A DNA stretch of 64,000 nt from the human T2T-CHM13v2.0 reference genome, Homo sapiens: the NCBI RefSeq assembly GCF_009914755.1, contig NC_060941.1; one strand, given 5' to 3'. Under the pieces are notes generated by a model. The model was given only the letters and a program-made list of their open reading frames with translations. It made no database searches and was not told the DNA's origin. Positions 28,602 through 46,534 of this stretch are shown here, piece after piece; the first letter of the stretch is position 1; each line of letters starts with the position of its first letter. The translations under genes were made by a program, and so were the position numbers.

Positions 28602-29107
28602 AGACAGAGCCTTTAAAGAGGTGATTAAGTTAAAACAAAGGCTTTTGGGTGGGTCTTAATCCAACCTGACTGTTGTCCTTCAAGAGGAAGAAATTTGAAC
28701 ACATAGAGAGACACCAGTAATGCATGGCACATAAGAAAGGCCATGTGAGGACGCAGCAAGAAAGTAGTCATCTGCAAGCCAAGGAGACAGGCCTCAGAAG
28801 AAACTAAGCCCCATGATACCTCAATCATGAACTTCTAGGCTCCAGAACATGAGAATATAAATTTCTGTTGTCTAAGCCACCCATCTGTGATATTTTGTCA
28901 TGGCAGCCCTAGCAAAATAATATAATCTCCTATGCTAAATTGTCTGTTACCAATCCAACACCACCATCCCTCCCTTCTAAGGCAGGGAGGTACATTCAGG
29001 GTCTCCCTTACTGCAAGGCTCCCTTCTTATGCTAGAGCTTGCCATAGAGTAGAATTCACATGAGATGTTAAAGGGGGAGATAAAAAGGACGCTGTTATTC
29101 ACGGGTA

Positions 29108-29291
29108 GGAGTGCAAGACTTCACAAATAAAAATACAGGATACCTGGTTAAACTTGAATTTCAGATTGGTATAAGGATGTCCCATTTTGCCATGCATTTT
29201 TATGTGCAATATTTGGACATACTTACACTAAATATTTACTCATTACTTACCTAAAATTCAAATTTAAGGGATATACTGGTAATTTATCCTA
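29108..29291. mobile_element. MER53 palindromic MITE (degenerate)
   Basis: caaataaaaatacaggatacctggttaaacttgaatttcagat ... aaattcaaatttaa. Confidence 0.75.
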
Positions 29292-29670
29292 GAGGATATG
29301 GTGGCCAGTCTTGGTGCCTTTGCAGACCACCTCCAAGAACTTCCCCTCTGTGGTTCTGGCAGGCTTATGCTTTTGAAGATCTGTCCAGGGTCTCATGCTT
29401 TGAGGTTCTGACATATGGATGCTTTGGTTTCTCACACTTTTCCGTGAACTTGGACTGTTCTACTCACTTCACTGTGGCAAAGCTGATGTTCAGCTATAGC
29501 CTTCCTGACCTTCACTTCCCAGTTCTTGACATAGTTGTGTAAGCTCTAATTTCTATATTAAGCCTCTTATTGGTATAACACTTGGAGTGGCTCTAACCCA
29601 ACCCAGACTGATCCACCCTTTTATCCACAGTCTTGCCAATTCAGGTCAATTCAATCACTTCTGATGTCTC

Positions 29671-30018
29671 TGTATTAGTCCATTTTCACACTGCTGATAA
29701 AGACATACCTGTGACTGGGTAATTTATAAAGAAAAAACACTTTAATGGACTCACAGTTCCACGTGGTTGGGGAGACCTCACAATCATGGTGGAAGGCAAA
29801 AGGCACATCTTACATGGTTGCAGGGAAGAGAGAATGAGAACCAAGTGAAAGGGGTTTCCCCTTATAAAACCATCAGATCTCGTGAGGCTTACTCAGTATG
29901 GGGGAAATTGCCCCCATGATTCAATTATCTCCCACTGGGTCCCTCCCACAACACATGGGAATTATGGAAGCTACAATTCAAGATGAGGTTAAGGTGGAGA
30001 CACAGCCAAACCATATCA
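29671..30018 (-). mobile_element. THE1 solo LTR (MaLR)
   Basis: tgtattagtcc...gacacagccaaaccatatca; perfect 5-bp TSD GTCTC. Confidence 0.92.
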
Positions 30019-30110
30019 GTCTCCATACTCTATTTAGGATTCTTTCCTTTTACTCTCTCCTCTGGAAGGTTGTGAGTACCTGGAGGGCTTATATATCTTC
30101 CACCAATCAG

Positions 30111-30724
30111 TGTAACCGCCAGAGGGGTTCTTCCTGCCTACTGCACAAATAAAGACCTCAGCATTGCAGTAAAGAAAGAGTTTAATAGACACAAGTCCAG
30201 CCACACTACATGGAAGATGGAATTAGTACTCAAATCATTCTCATCCAAAGCTGGTAGGTCAGGGGTTTTCAAAGGCAGTTTGGGGGAAGGGGTGGAGATG
30301 ACTAGGCTTACTGATGATTGGTTGGGGCAGAGATGAAATCTTACGGGGTTGGAACTGTCCTTTTGTGTGTTCAATCACTTCAGGGTGTGGGCCACTGGAG
30401 GAGTAGGGTTGGCACGTCCAGGTGGAGTCATATCTCAAAAGGCCAATCTACTATAGTAGTGTTATCTGCAGGAATGGCTGGCAATCTATGTCCGCAACTT
30501 AGCAGAATCAAGCTCCTGTCTTCCTCCAGCCTGATGTTCTTTCATTAGCTTTACAAAGGCTGTTGAGTTTTGGGGAAGTCCTATTATAATTTAAACCATA
30601 GCCTAAATGTCTTCCAAAGTTAGCTGGGCCCAAAAGCCCAAGTGAAAGGCAAGATGAGGGGTGGGTTAACTCACCTCACTGTTACAACTTTCTCACTGAT
30701 ATAATTTTTGCAAAGATGGTTTCA
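30111..30724 (-). mobile_element. LTR8-family solo LTR (ERV1)
   Basis: tgtaaccgcc...ataatttttgcaaagatggtttca; 4-bp TSD TCAG. Confidence 0.85.
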
Positions 30725-31990
30725 TCAGGAGAAGGACACCCAGTCTACACCTGTCTTTGTCGTCGCTGCGATATAAACCATCTTGTATCGTCCTTGTAAC
30801 CATGCACTGTCACCCATTAAGGCCTCTAGGTAATACCTGTACTATGTTCTTCACAGCCTGACCCCTAGCTAGCCCTCTAAGCATTTTGGTTTTCCTCCTC
30901 CTAATCATACCACACATGTAGAAACTGTCAGCTCCTGTACCTGGACAATGCTAGGGCAGGGGAGCATTGAAAGGCTGCCTCCTGGTCCCTGTTGTCAAAT
31001 CCTGCCCTCTGTCACTGCTACACTAACACAAGGGCCAGGTTGGATAAAGGCTTCTCCACTTGTGCACTGTTTCCTACAGCTTACCAGAGAAGCAAGGCTC
31101 AAGTGTTCCCTTCTCTTGGACACTCAGAATTTCTGTAGTAGCTGTCATCTCATCTCATTCCCTGGACCTACCTGAAAGGGTCAAGAATTCTGCAGCCATA
31201 TCCATAGTGTCTTCTGCTCCTCTACTCCACTTCCCTAGTCTCTCTCCCCAATCCCAGAAAGAGTCCTTATCTCTTTTTTGTAAGGAAATCTGCTTATCAT
31301 ATTGCTATGTGTTCTTATCTATCCATGGTTTAGCAAATACGCTCTAACCTCTCAGTCTTTCAGATTATGCCTTATATATTCAAAGCCAAGCTCTTAGAAT
31401 TACAACAAATAATACAACATAAATCTGTTCTCCCTGTAAGCTCACCTATTACAATACAAGAAAAAAAACAGCATAGCTTTCATAGTTATTGTCTCTGCTA
31501 TGTGTTTAAAAACTATTCAGAATCGATGAGCTGTTTTAGGCTGTATTCACACTCCCCTGAGGGATTAAATGTTAACTCACTGTGTGGAGAGCCGCAGGAC
31601 AGCATCAGAACATATAGGAACGAAAAATCTCAATTAATATCTCAAATTGTATCCCCTACTTGGAATTGTTAGCACACTTTATCAGTTTACCTCTCCAGAA
31701 AATCAGACAAGAAAGTGCATATGGAAAATAAGTCATAATCCAAGATTCCATAGAACAATCTTTCCTGCTGTGAAGAAACAGTTCGTTATGAGAACTGAAT
31801 GGGCTTTTATAATTTCAGGCAAAGATCAATTACATGGGGCTTTAGTTTTATCCTAAAACATTTTTCTGAATCATAAAAATTAAAAGGGAGATATTAAAAA
31901 ATCCCCTAAATGATCATGTAGTTTCAACATGTTACCTACAAAAGAATAAAATGAAGCTGGCTTCTGACTTCTCTTCAACAGTAAATTCCT

Positions 31991-32218
31991 GGCTGGGCAC
32001 AATGGCTCACGCCTGTAATCCCAGTACTTTGAGAGACTGAGGCAGGTGGATCACTTGAGCCAGGAGTTCGAGACCAGGCTGGCCAATATGGTGAAAAGCC
32101 ATCCCTACAAAAAAATGCAAAAATAAGCCAAGCATGGTGGTGTGTGCCTGTAATTCCAGCTACTCGGGAGGCTGAGGCACAAGAAGAGAATCACTTGAGT
32201 CCAGGAGGTGGAGGTTGC
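31991..32218 (+). mobile_element. 3'-truncated Alu
   Basis: Ends abruptly at ggaggttgc, no tail or TSD. Confidence 0.9.
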
Positions 32219-32508
32219 TTCCACACGTTGAATCAGGAATCAGCTGAGTTTAATAGAACCAGTAAGTAACATAAAGACTGAATAGTGCCAATTGGATTTT
32301 ATGAAAAAGAAGTCACCAGTAACAGACTTAATCAATTTTTAGGATATCTGATATGTAATTTTATAAATATAATGAGTTATTAGCATTTAAATGAACATCT
32401 ATACATTGATTCTCAGTAACTGAAATGAATTTCCCCACAGCATTCAGAGTACATGAAATGGCACGTTTGTTTGTTTTATTTTATTCTGAGTTATATTATA
32501 TATTCACA

Positions 32509-33115
32509 TGACACAGGAGTTACGAAGAAATTACTTAGGCAGAATTGTATGGGAGTCCTCGGTAAGGCTTTTCTTTTTAATGAACAGCAGCCCCAAGTCA
32601 TTTTCTAACAAAGAGCAGCCTGTAAAGTCCAGCTGCAGACATACACAAGCAAGCTGGAAGCTTGCACAGGTGAATGCCAACAGGAACTAGGGACTAGACA
32701 TGTTCAAGATGGCGGCTCCATCTTCCCTTCTCTGCCAGCCACATGTACAGTAATGAACAGACAAGATGGCACCAATCAACTAAAAAGTCCATTTGCATAA
32801 TAAGATTAGAGTAGGACAACCAGCCTTCCGCTTGCACTATATAAACATTATACCTGATAGAACCAATCTGTGTGCCCTATGTAAATCAGACACCGCCTTC
32901 TCAAACCTGACTATAAAATCTGGTGCATTGACCACCAGCTGGTCCTTTTTGCTTGGAGACCCCCCTCTCTCTACAGAGAAAGCTGTTTCTCTTTCCCTTC
33001 TCTTCTGCCTACTAAACCTCTGCTCCTGACTCCTCCTGTGTGTCCATCTCCTAAATTTTCATGGCGTGTAATGACAAACCCCAGGGTCTATACCCCAGAC
33101 AACATAGATGCTTCA
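32509..33115 (+). mobile_element. LTR9-like solo LTR (ERV1)
   Basis: tgacacaggagttacgaagaaattacttaggcaga...gcttca; YY1-type caagatggcggc motif; TSD not clear. Confidence 0.7.
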
Positions 33116-34157
33116 TAAGTACAATATGTATGTACAGTTTAAGAGGAATGACAAAATGAAAACTCACAAGCCAAGTTAGGAAATAAAACCTTATCAGGAA
33201 CTTAAAAGGGCCCTGTGTTCCCTTTACTCATCCCATGCTTCTTTAGTTCCCCCAAGGAGTGATCAAAATCTGAATTTTGTGATAATCATTCCTTTACTTT
33301 TCATTAGATTACTACATATGTGTGTGCCTCTTACAACATATTGTCTAGTTTAAAACTTCTAACAAATGTAACACTAAATTATTCTGTAACTTTCCTATTT
33401 TTATTCAACATTATGCTTTTAGGATTTACCCATGTTGATGCATGTGACTACTGTCTATTTATTTTTACTGCTGTAGAGTATTATACGTCATGAATAGTAT
33501 ATAACACAATTTACTCATCCATTCTACTATTGATGGACACTTGGTTTGCTTCCCATTATTTTGCAGTTGCTACAATGCAACCATTGATGTTCTTATGCAT
33601 GTCTCCTGGATGGAGTCACAGGCAGCATACACTGTCCTTCTATTCTTGGATCCCATAGAGATCCCTATTTGTGTCTGATGTTCACATTAATAGTATCCAA
33701 GATAGCTGAAAGGAGGTTATTCTAATAATTCATGCACATTATTTGAATTAGAACTTCATCATTATTTTGAAATATTTGATATGAAAAGATTGGGTTAGAT
33801 TCAGTATCTATTAGCAGCATAAAAGATTTTCAATGTAACATTTGTCAAGGAAGAAAAGAAAGAGCTGTTAGATTCTGTAAATATAATGTCAACTGCTAAT
33901 TTATGAATGGTTTTGAAAGGCTTTAACTTTCATATTACTTGCTTGTGGGAACAAATTTCTCATCACGAGCGACTATCCAGAATTTAAAGAGATCATGACC
34001 AAAAGTCTCAAACAGGAATTGTGCATAGTCATTTAAAACAAAAAATATGATTACTACAAATATTACGCTCATGGGACTGAGTTCAAGTTTCCAATTTAAA
34101 AAATGGAAATTATTTTAGCTGAACATCTTATGCAAATTCATTCTTTCCCTTACTTTT

Positions 34158-34700
34158 TGTGGTAGCCTGCCTCCAAGATGGTACCCAGTGATTCTTGTCT
34201 CCTGGTATTCACATCCTCATGTAATTCCCTCTCATATTGAATAGGGAAGACTTCTGTAACTAATAAGATAATTGCAGAAATGACAGTGTGTGATTTCCAA
34301 GGCTAGTCATAAGAGACACTGTAGGCTTCTGCCTTGCTCTCTCTTAGATCACTTCTTCCGGGGGAAGACAGTCACAGCATTACAAAGACACTCAGATACC
34401 CAATGGGGGCTCCACATGCTAAGAAGTTGAAGTCTACTGCCAAGAGCCAGCACTAACCAACTAGCCATGTGAGTAAGCCATCTTGGAAGTGTCTCCTCCA
34501 GCCCCAGTCAAGCCTTCAGATGATGTAGCCCCTGATGACATCTTGCCTGCAACATCATGAGAAACCTTGTGCAATAACTACGAGCTAAGCAGCTCCTAAA
34601 TTCCTGACCCCCCCATAAACTGTGTGAGATAAATGTCTATTGCTATTTTAAGCTGATAAGTTTGGGGGTAATTTGTTATACAGTGATAGATAACTAATAT
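34158..34700 (+). mobile_element. MLT1F-type LTR
   Basis: tgtggtagcctgcctccaagatgg...tagataactaata. Confidence 0.8.
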
Positions 34701-35845
34701 ATTTTGGGGATATTTTTGTCATAATTATACAATATTTTAAAATGTCAGTTGTTTTCAATAATCCCATATCAATGCCTCCCACCAATCACCTTCTAAAATG
34801 CAGATAAGGTATCTTTTTGGAGAGAAAATTAAAAACTGGGATTGCTAATATTCAGGAGCCTTCACCTTACACAGAAATCTTTAAGTCATATTCACAGACT
34901 CCTTTGTTCCTATTTTTATGTATGTTGGGGCAAGGGGACATAGGAGATTAACGGCATAATAGAGCCACAGTGCGGTGGCAGAAATTTTATTTCAAGGGTT
35001 TACTGAAAGTTAATGGTCCTGAAGTCACTCTGTATACGAAACATGAGCATAGTTGACACATTTGAAGTCCCTAAGCACTAAAACAATAACGATGCCTTCC
35101 TATGTGCAAAGATAAACAAAAAACGATATGTGTAAGAAGCCCCTGACATTACTATTTTTCCCTGATGCTTCTTCTTGAAATGTCAGTTACCAAATTCATC
35201 CTAAAGATTGTTTTAGTTTCCCACTTTTTCCCTTTCCTCATAGTTGGTTGATTATTGTTTAATCCAGCAATGATGAAACACCCTTTACAAACATAAAGAT
35301 TCATTTCTAACATGAACATTTTTTATTACAGCAACTCCTTTGCTCCAGTTATTATGAAATCAATCATTTTACTTCCCAACCACTGGTGTTTTCCCGAGGG
35401 GCTCTTGTTAGCCAAGCTACCATTGATAAGTGCTTATTCTGTTAATATTCCTTTGAAACCCATTATAAACATTCCTTTTACCCAGAAACTCAGCAGTCCC
35501 TGGGAGGTGACTAAAGGGAGGATGGCAGGGCAGAGGGGAGCTCATTCAGTCCTGCAGACCTCATGCTGCCCAAGTTGTTTGTCCATTTTTTCAGCACCCA
35601 TGCACTGTCACCTTACATGCATGCAAAGGGCCAAGCTGTTTATCCTGACCATGGAGAAGGACTAAGCAGGTAACAAATGCTAATTTCTGAGGTCAGGCAA
35701 GGCACTTTATATTATCCCTTTTTGAAGCCAATATCCAGGTATAGGGCAGGATGGGAAGGTTCTGAGCATCCTGCATATTTACAAGTACTTTGCTACATTT
35801 AGTAAGAACTGATTAGTGGTCATACCCATGGAAGTCAAAAACTCT

Positions 35846-36127
35846 AGCATGGTGGCTCATCCTTATAATCCCAGCACTTTGGGAGGCTGAGGCAGAAGGA
35901 TCAGTTGAGTCCAGGACTTCAAGACCAGTTTGGACAACACGGCGAGACCTCATCTCTACAAAAAATTTTTAAAATTAGCTGGATGTGGTGGCGCCTGTAT
36001 TCCCAGCTCCTAGGGAATCTGAGACCAGAGGATCAGTTGAGCCCAGGGATTTGAGGCTGCGGTGAACTATGATCCGGCCACTGCACTCCAGTCTGGGCAA
36101 CAGAGTAAGACTCTGTCTCAAAAACAA
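35846..36127 (+). mobile_element. AluJ
   Basis: Diverged dimeric Alu with J diagnostics. Confidence 0.9.
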
Positions 36128-36239
36128 GCCTCTTACAGTTTGGTTACATTTTTAGAAGATTAAGCACATGCCTTAAAAAACATGGGCAAAGAAAGGCACG
36201 GAAGAAAACTTAAAAAAACTTGATATTAAAATTTTGAAG

Positions 36240-36417
36240 CTGAGCTGTTCGATATAACTACAGTCACATGTGACTATTTAATTTTAAGTGAAAATTAAGT
36301 AAAATTAAAAATTTCCTCAGTGGGACGAGCATATTTCACCTCCTTTATAGGCCATGCGTGGCTAGAACAGATGGAAAACATTTCCATCATCGCAGAAAGT
36401 TCTACTGGACAGCACTG
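36240..36417. mobile_element. MER3-like hAT element
   Basis: catttccatcatcgcagaaagttctactggacagcactg terminus. Confidence 0.75.
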
Positions 36418-36726
36418 TTCTGAAGTGTTTAATTTGCCATCATGGAAAAGAAATAAAATTCACTGAATGTCCTTAAATCTGTTTTATGATTTGGCATTGT
36501 GTTTAAGTCTGGATTGCACATTTAGGATAGAGGTAAGAGGACCACACTATTTTCAGTGTCTGGAGACCTCTAAAGACTCTAATTCGACCTTGGCCAAAAC
36601 GATCCTTAACAGCATTTATATGCTTGATCTCCTCTCCACGCAGCCCATCAATAAGCCATTGCGCTCCACGGTCACACTTCAGCACTCCCAATACACCAGG
36701 CAGACACTGAGTACGAGTCTCGGCTG

Positions 36727-36739
36727 GTGTCCTAGCAAC
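36727..36739. promoter_or_regulatory. RFX X-box (distal)
   Basis: GTGTCCTAGCAAC containing the CCTAGCAAC half-site. Confidence 0.65.
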
Positions 36740-36859
36740 AGCGACGCGACCCCGCCCCTTCCCGCGTACACCTCCTACCTTATTAGCCTGGAAGGGGCGG
36801 GACCAGGGGTCAGTGCCCAATAGGAAGGGAGCAGAGGAGTGAGTCCTGGCCGCGTCCCC

Positions 36860-36873
36860 GTCGCTAGGGAAAC
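36860..36873. promoter_or_regulatory. RFX X-box (proximal)
   Basis: GTCGCTAGGGAAAC, 14-bp match to the GTTGCCATGGCAAC type; expected for a ciliary gene. Confidence 0.75.
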
Positions 36874-36897
36874 CGATGCAGCTGGAGGCCGCGCGCG

Positions 36898-37314
36898 ATG
36901 CGGCTCGCGGAGGAGCGGGCCGCGCTCGCGGCGGAGAACGCGGATGGGGAACCCGGCGCCGACCGACGACTGCGACTCCTGGGGACCTACGTGGCCATGA
37001 GCCTGCGGCCGGCTGCGGGCGCCTGGGAGCGTTGCGCGGGGAGTGCTGAGGCGGAGCAGCTGCTCCAGGCCTTCCTGGGCCGCGATGCTGCCGAGGGGCC
37101 GCGGCCGCTGCTGGTGGTGCGGCCCGGGCCCAGGGGCCTGGCAATACGCCCCGGGCTGGAGGTGGGACCTGAGTCGGGCCTGGCTGGCGCTAAGGCGCTT
37201 TTTTTCCTTCGCACCGGGCCCGAGCCTCCAGGGCCCGACAGCTTCCGCGGCGCAGTGGTCTGCGGGGACCTGCCCGCGGCACCTCTGGAGCACCTAGCCG
37301 CGCTGTTCTCGGAG
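36898..37314 (+). CDS. DNAH9: DNAH9 coding exon 1 (aa 1-139)
   Basis: MRLAEERAALAAENADGEPG...LEHLAALFSE, recognised N-terminus; donor GAG|gtgagg; 417 nt. Confidence 0.97.
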
Positions 37315-39040
37315 GTGAGGGTGGGTTAGTGTCCCCGCGCGGCTAAAGCTGGGTGGGGGAGGGGAGGAGGAGCCTTAAGGGACGGAGGCGGGGCCAGAGG
37401 GGGCGGGGCGAAGCTGCAGGGGAGGTCCAAGAGGCGGAGTGATAGGCAGAGGGGCGAGGCTGTGGAGGGAGCACAACCAGGAGGCAAGTTCCTGAAGTCA
37501 GGAAGAAAATGGGATGGGGTTAGGGGCGGAGTCGGGTGGGTCCGGAGGGAGGGATCTGGGTGGAGGCCAGGCCAGAATGAGAATGGGAAGGAGCTGAGGC
37601 TTGGGTCAGTCCGGGTCTGGGTTCCAGCCAAAGTCAGGGGAAGACCATAATCTGAAGAGTGCCTAGGTTCTGACTACTTTCAAAATCAGCCTCTCGTAAT
37701 CCCTCCTGTAAATTGGAAAGATCTGAAGAAGATGGGAAGTGGACAAGACGGCATTTCTGATGGATCAGTGGGGTGGAAGGAGGTGGATGGCTATAAACAG
37801 TGCCTACTTCTGGAGAGCAGTTAAATGGGAGGGGGAGGTGGGTAGTGATTTGCTTTTGATTTTCATCTCATTCATTCATTACCAACCATTTAGCAAAGGT
37901 CAGCCCTGTGCCAGCATAAGAAGTTGGGCTCCCATTTGGAAATGCCCAGCAGGCCTTTGGAGGAGTCTGCCTGAAGCTCAGGGAGGAAGGTGGAGATGTG
38001 GGTCATGAGTGCTTTAGTGGCACCACAGCAGAAGCTTCGAGAATGCAGGAGATTTCAGGGAAGTGCTCCAGAGAGATTCCTGGGCCCCTTAGACCTTTCT
38101 GGAATGGGAGTAAACTGCCCTGCAAGTCAGGCTGTGTGCTTATGGAGGCTTGATGCCCTGGACCCTGCAGGTTGTGAAATAAGGATGGGCAGAATACTGG
38201 CTGTATGATGGTTCAGGTGATAGGTGCTATAGGGAATACCAAAGAACTATTCCCACCCATGAAATGCTTACTCCAAGGAGCTGAAACGTATGTAATAATT
38301 CATATATTCAAAATGTTTCAAACTTTTAAGACTGGGGTGAGGGTAAAGCTTACCTAAAAGTTGGCCCCACTGCTGGATGCAAGTCCTGGAGTCTCCCTGC
38401 TATGTCAAGTGTAAGCCCTTTAGATGGTGTATCAGGAGGCTGTGGGGAGGTGAAAATTCCAGGGAAAGGGTTGGATAGTTAGAGGAGGACACAGAGGGCC
38501 CAGGAAGCTAGATCTCTTAGATATGGAGGTATTTCAATATTTTAACAAACAGAATGGTCTTGCAACTGTGCATTGTCTGAAAGCCATCCCGCTGAAGCCT
38601 GAACTTAGATCAGCTTCTCTAATGAATGTTGACGATAGAAAGTACTTTTGGCTTCAGAGGAGAAAGACAGGCCTGTGATCTGAGAAGCATGCTTAACATA
38701 AGTGTTGAATTGTCTCCTGAACAATTAGAAGAATTCGTATAAGTAGAGAGCAAGGTAACTTTCAAGATACTGACAGCAGACTGATCAAAGGTTCAGAGAC
38801 AGGATTTAACCTAGTGTATGTGGGAGACAGAAGGCCCATCTCAGAGTTGTGTCATGGCCAAGCAAAGTAGTCCAGCAAGAAAAATAATTTTAAAATAATG
38901 AAAATTCTCGAATGTTTAAGAATTTTCATTGGTGCATTGAAAGAGATTGGAGACAAACAATGTTCATCAACAGGGGACTGGGTGACTGAATTATGGGCCA
39001 TCTATACAGTGAAATACTTTGCAACTATTAAAAAGAATGA

Positions 39041-39660
<620 letters not shown>

Positions 39661-40699
39661 ATTTTTTAAAGAAGTGCAGAATTGCATGGATGGTATGCTA
39701 CTATTTATGTTTAAAAAAGAAAGGAGGGGAAGAAGAGAGAAAGGAAGGAGGGAAGGGAGGGTGGGAGGGAGAGAGGGAGGGAGGAAGAGAGGACATTCTT
39801 TAACAGTAATCCACAAGAAGGAGAAACAGTAACTGAAGTACAGGGGTAGGTGGAAGATTTACTTCCCACTGTAAAAGCTTTTGTACGTTTAAATTTTTGC
39901 CCCATGTAAATGTATTACCTATTTTAAAACCTAAATAAATAACTTATTTTAAAAATAACTCAAGTCCTTTCCTTGCATTTCTCAAAGCTTGTACCAGTAA
40001 CTTTATTCCACTTTCTGTCCATCCATCTACTTTTATTCCATACCCTGAAGCTGATCCAGTGTCTCTTTCAAGGCTTGTTGGCCTCCCATCTGCTAAGACC
40101 CTCCTTCTGGCCCAGCCCTCCTGTCCACCCCCTCTCCTCTCTCTCAGCACCTTGTAATCAGCTTAATAGTCTCTGATTACCTGCTCCCCTTTTCCTTCCA
40201 CCTCCCCATGCAGCATCGCTAAAGCCAGAAGAACCTACCTGGCTGAGAGACGTCTTCCTGCCTTGTGTGTGTGTGGGCGGGGCGGTTTGGGGGTAGGATT
40301 GAGGGTGTTGGCTGAGAGAAAGCTGTAATTTTAATATTATTTTTGTTCCATTCTACGAGTACAAGGTAAAAAAGGAAAATGTGCCTAAGAAATGTTTGAA
40401 AGGAAGAATTAACAGAATTTAGTAACTTGTTCTCCTACTTCCTTACTTCCTCCTCCAACCACATCATTCACTACTGCCAACTTATTTTTCCTAGCTCTGA
40501 AACTTGGATTTTTTTTTTGACTTTTTGCATTTTGGAATGTGAGCATAAGATTTGGAATCTCACAGACCTAAGTCAAATTCTGGTTAAATTCAGCAGTGTG
40601 ATGTGAGCAGATGTGCTCACTCTGCCAGGTCCAAAACTGTCTTGCAGGGTTGCTATGAAATTTAGACATCATATATTAGAACACCTGGAATAGAGTGTC

Positions 40700-43862
<3,163 letters not shown>

Positions 43863-43869
43863 GTAGCTT

Positions 43870-44194
43870 TTTGGTTTGTTGTTGTTGTTGTTGTTGTTGT
43901 TGTTTCGAGACAGGGTCTCACTCTGTTGCCCAGGCTGGAGTACAGTGGCACGATTTCAGCTCACTGCAGACTCGACCTCCCTGGGCTCAAGCGATCCTCT
44001 CACCTCAGCCTCCTTAGTAACTGGGACTACAGACATGCGCCACTACAACCAGGCAATTTTTCTATTTTTTTTTTTTTTTGTACAGATGAGGTCTTGCTAT
44101 GTTGCCCAGGCAGGTCTCCGACTCCTGGGCTCAAACAATCTGCCCTCCTCAGCCTCTCAGTGCTGGGATACAGGCGTGAGCCACCGCACCTGGC
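43870..44194 (-). mobile_element. AluJ with (TTG)n tail
   Basis: Reverse Alu; tail converted to TTG repeat. Confidence 0.92.
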
Positions 44195-44779
44195 TATGAG
44201 TTGCTTTTCACTTCATAGAGAGTTCACATTCGTTATTTTTCTGTCACTCAAAGCCCTTAAAACCCCCACTCAAAACTATTCCTTTTTCTTCAGACAGTGT
44301 ACATTCAGTTATTTGATAAACATCTTGAGTGCTTTCTATATGCCAGATCCTGGAGAGAACTCTGACTATATAAAAATTAAATAAGATAGAGTCCCTGCCT
44401 TTTGAGATCCTAGGAAAATTCCAGTTCATCCTCTTTCCCGGTTAGGACTTCTGCCCTGGGTTCAAATGGTTCTTTCTTAACATGAATGTGATAAAGCTTA
44501 ATTTGTAAACTTTCCTTCCTTTTTGAGCTCCCTTTACTGATTGTTGTAAGTTCCCAGCTCAGTGAATGTTTCCAGACAGACCAGGCAAAGACCATCCTCT
44601 AGAATCTAACATGCTGGGTCCAGGTATTCTATTTCACGGCCACTGGGGCTTATTGATCATAACCCAGCCAGTCATATGAGTTCATATTTCCTTTTGATTA
44701 TTTATATATTGGTAGCTTCCTCATCACATTATATGAGCATCTGTTTGTCTTTCTGGTATTCTCCTTCCATCACTTGTGA

Positions 44780-45107
<328 letters not shown>

Positions 45108-45930
45108 TATACTGACAAGTTTCTAAGTTGCGATTAATAGAAACCTAATTTAAACTAGCTTGGAAAGTTCAAGAGCAGCTTGATTTAGGAGCTCAAACAA
45201 AGTTACCAAGACTTGGTCTTTCTCCATCTGTAAGCACTCTCCTCTCATATTAACTTTATTCTAAGGCGCTATTGGTTGTGAAGGTGACCAAGAAAAGCTC
45301 CACACTAGCAGAAAAGAGAAGGTGTCTCTTCCTTGAAAAGTCACATAAGACACTTTGGCCTGACTCTCACTGGCTCAGATTTGGTTCCATGTTCACCTAT
45401 GGATTTGGGGATGAATACTGAAAAAAGAGGAACTATGTTGGGTGGCCAGAATAACCTAACGTTCACCCTAAAGATGGATTCAAGATCCTCAACTTTGCTT
45501 GCCTTTTCAAGGTGCCCTTCCCACCACCTGTAGACAGAAGGTCATGTTTATCTGCTTGTGTCCTCCTTTTTTGCCTCTGGCCTTTGTGACTATTTAATCA
45601 CCTCCTATTCACCCCGTTGATGAGGGAGGGATTCCTGCCTGAGAGTGATGGAGATGGGTAAACATACAACACCCAACATAGGACAGACACCATTGACAGC
45701 AGTTTTTCAGTCAACATACTCACAGCCCAGAAGAGGACACTGAGCCATGCAGGCCACATGGGGATTGCTCTTGGGAATAGACTAAATGACAAGGGGCTGT
45801 GGAAAGCACACTTTGTATTAATAGTATCAAGAAGGTGTAGTGGTCCCTGGATCTCACTGGGGGACGCAATTGGCTAGTTTAAATCATTCCACCAGCTGGC
45901 AGGGAACTGAAGTCTGCTTCTCAGGGATAA

Positions 45931-46275
<345 letters not shown>

Positions 46276-46534
46276 GATAAAGAATTTTTTGGCTAGAGGG
46301 CTTTATCCCCAGGAGCAGAATGGGAAGGAAAACTTGTAAGCAGGCTATTCAAGGGCTTCCCCAATTTACCAGATGTCAAGGTCGTATGTAATGTTCGACC
46401 CTATTATTAGGCCTTCCAGCACAGTGACCTGCAAAAGGTTGTATATAGCTTTATAAGCCTTTTCCAGATGAGGATTTCTTTAAGTTCTCAGAATTGGAAC
46501 GCCTGCCTTTCTTTCCTGTGCACCTCTGTTCCAG

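Larger units (their letters stand above)
36700..37560. promoter_or_regulatory. DNAH9: CpG island spanning the DNAH9 promoter, exon 1 and start of intron 1
   Basis: Dense CpG/GC; GC boxes 36750-36758 and 36794-36800; CCAAT 36817-36821. Confidence 0.9.

Noticed and set aside
36503-37293. 213-aa and 172-aa antisense ORFs over exon 1
   Set aside because: Non-ATG starts and low-complexity Pro/Arg/Ala content; typical CpG-island shadow ORFs.
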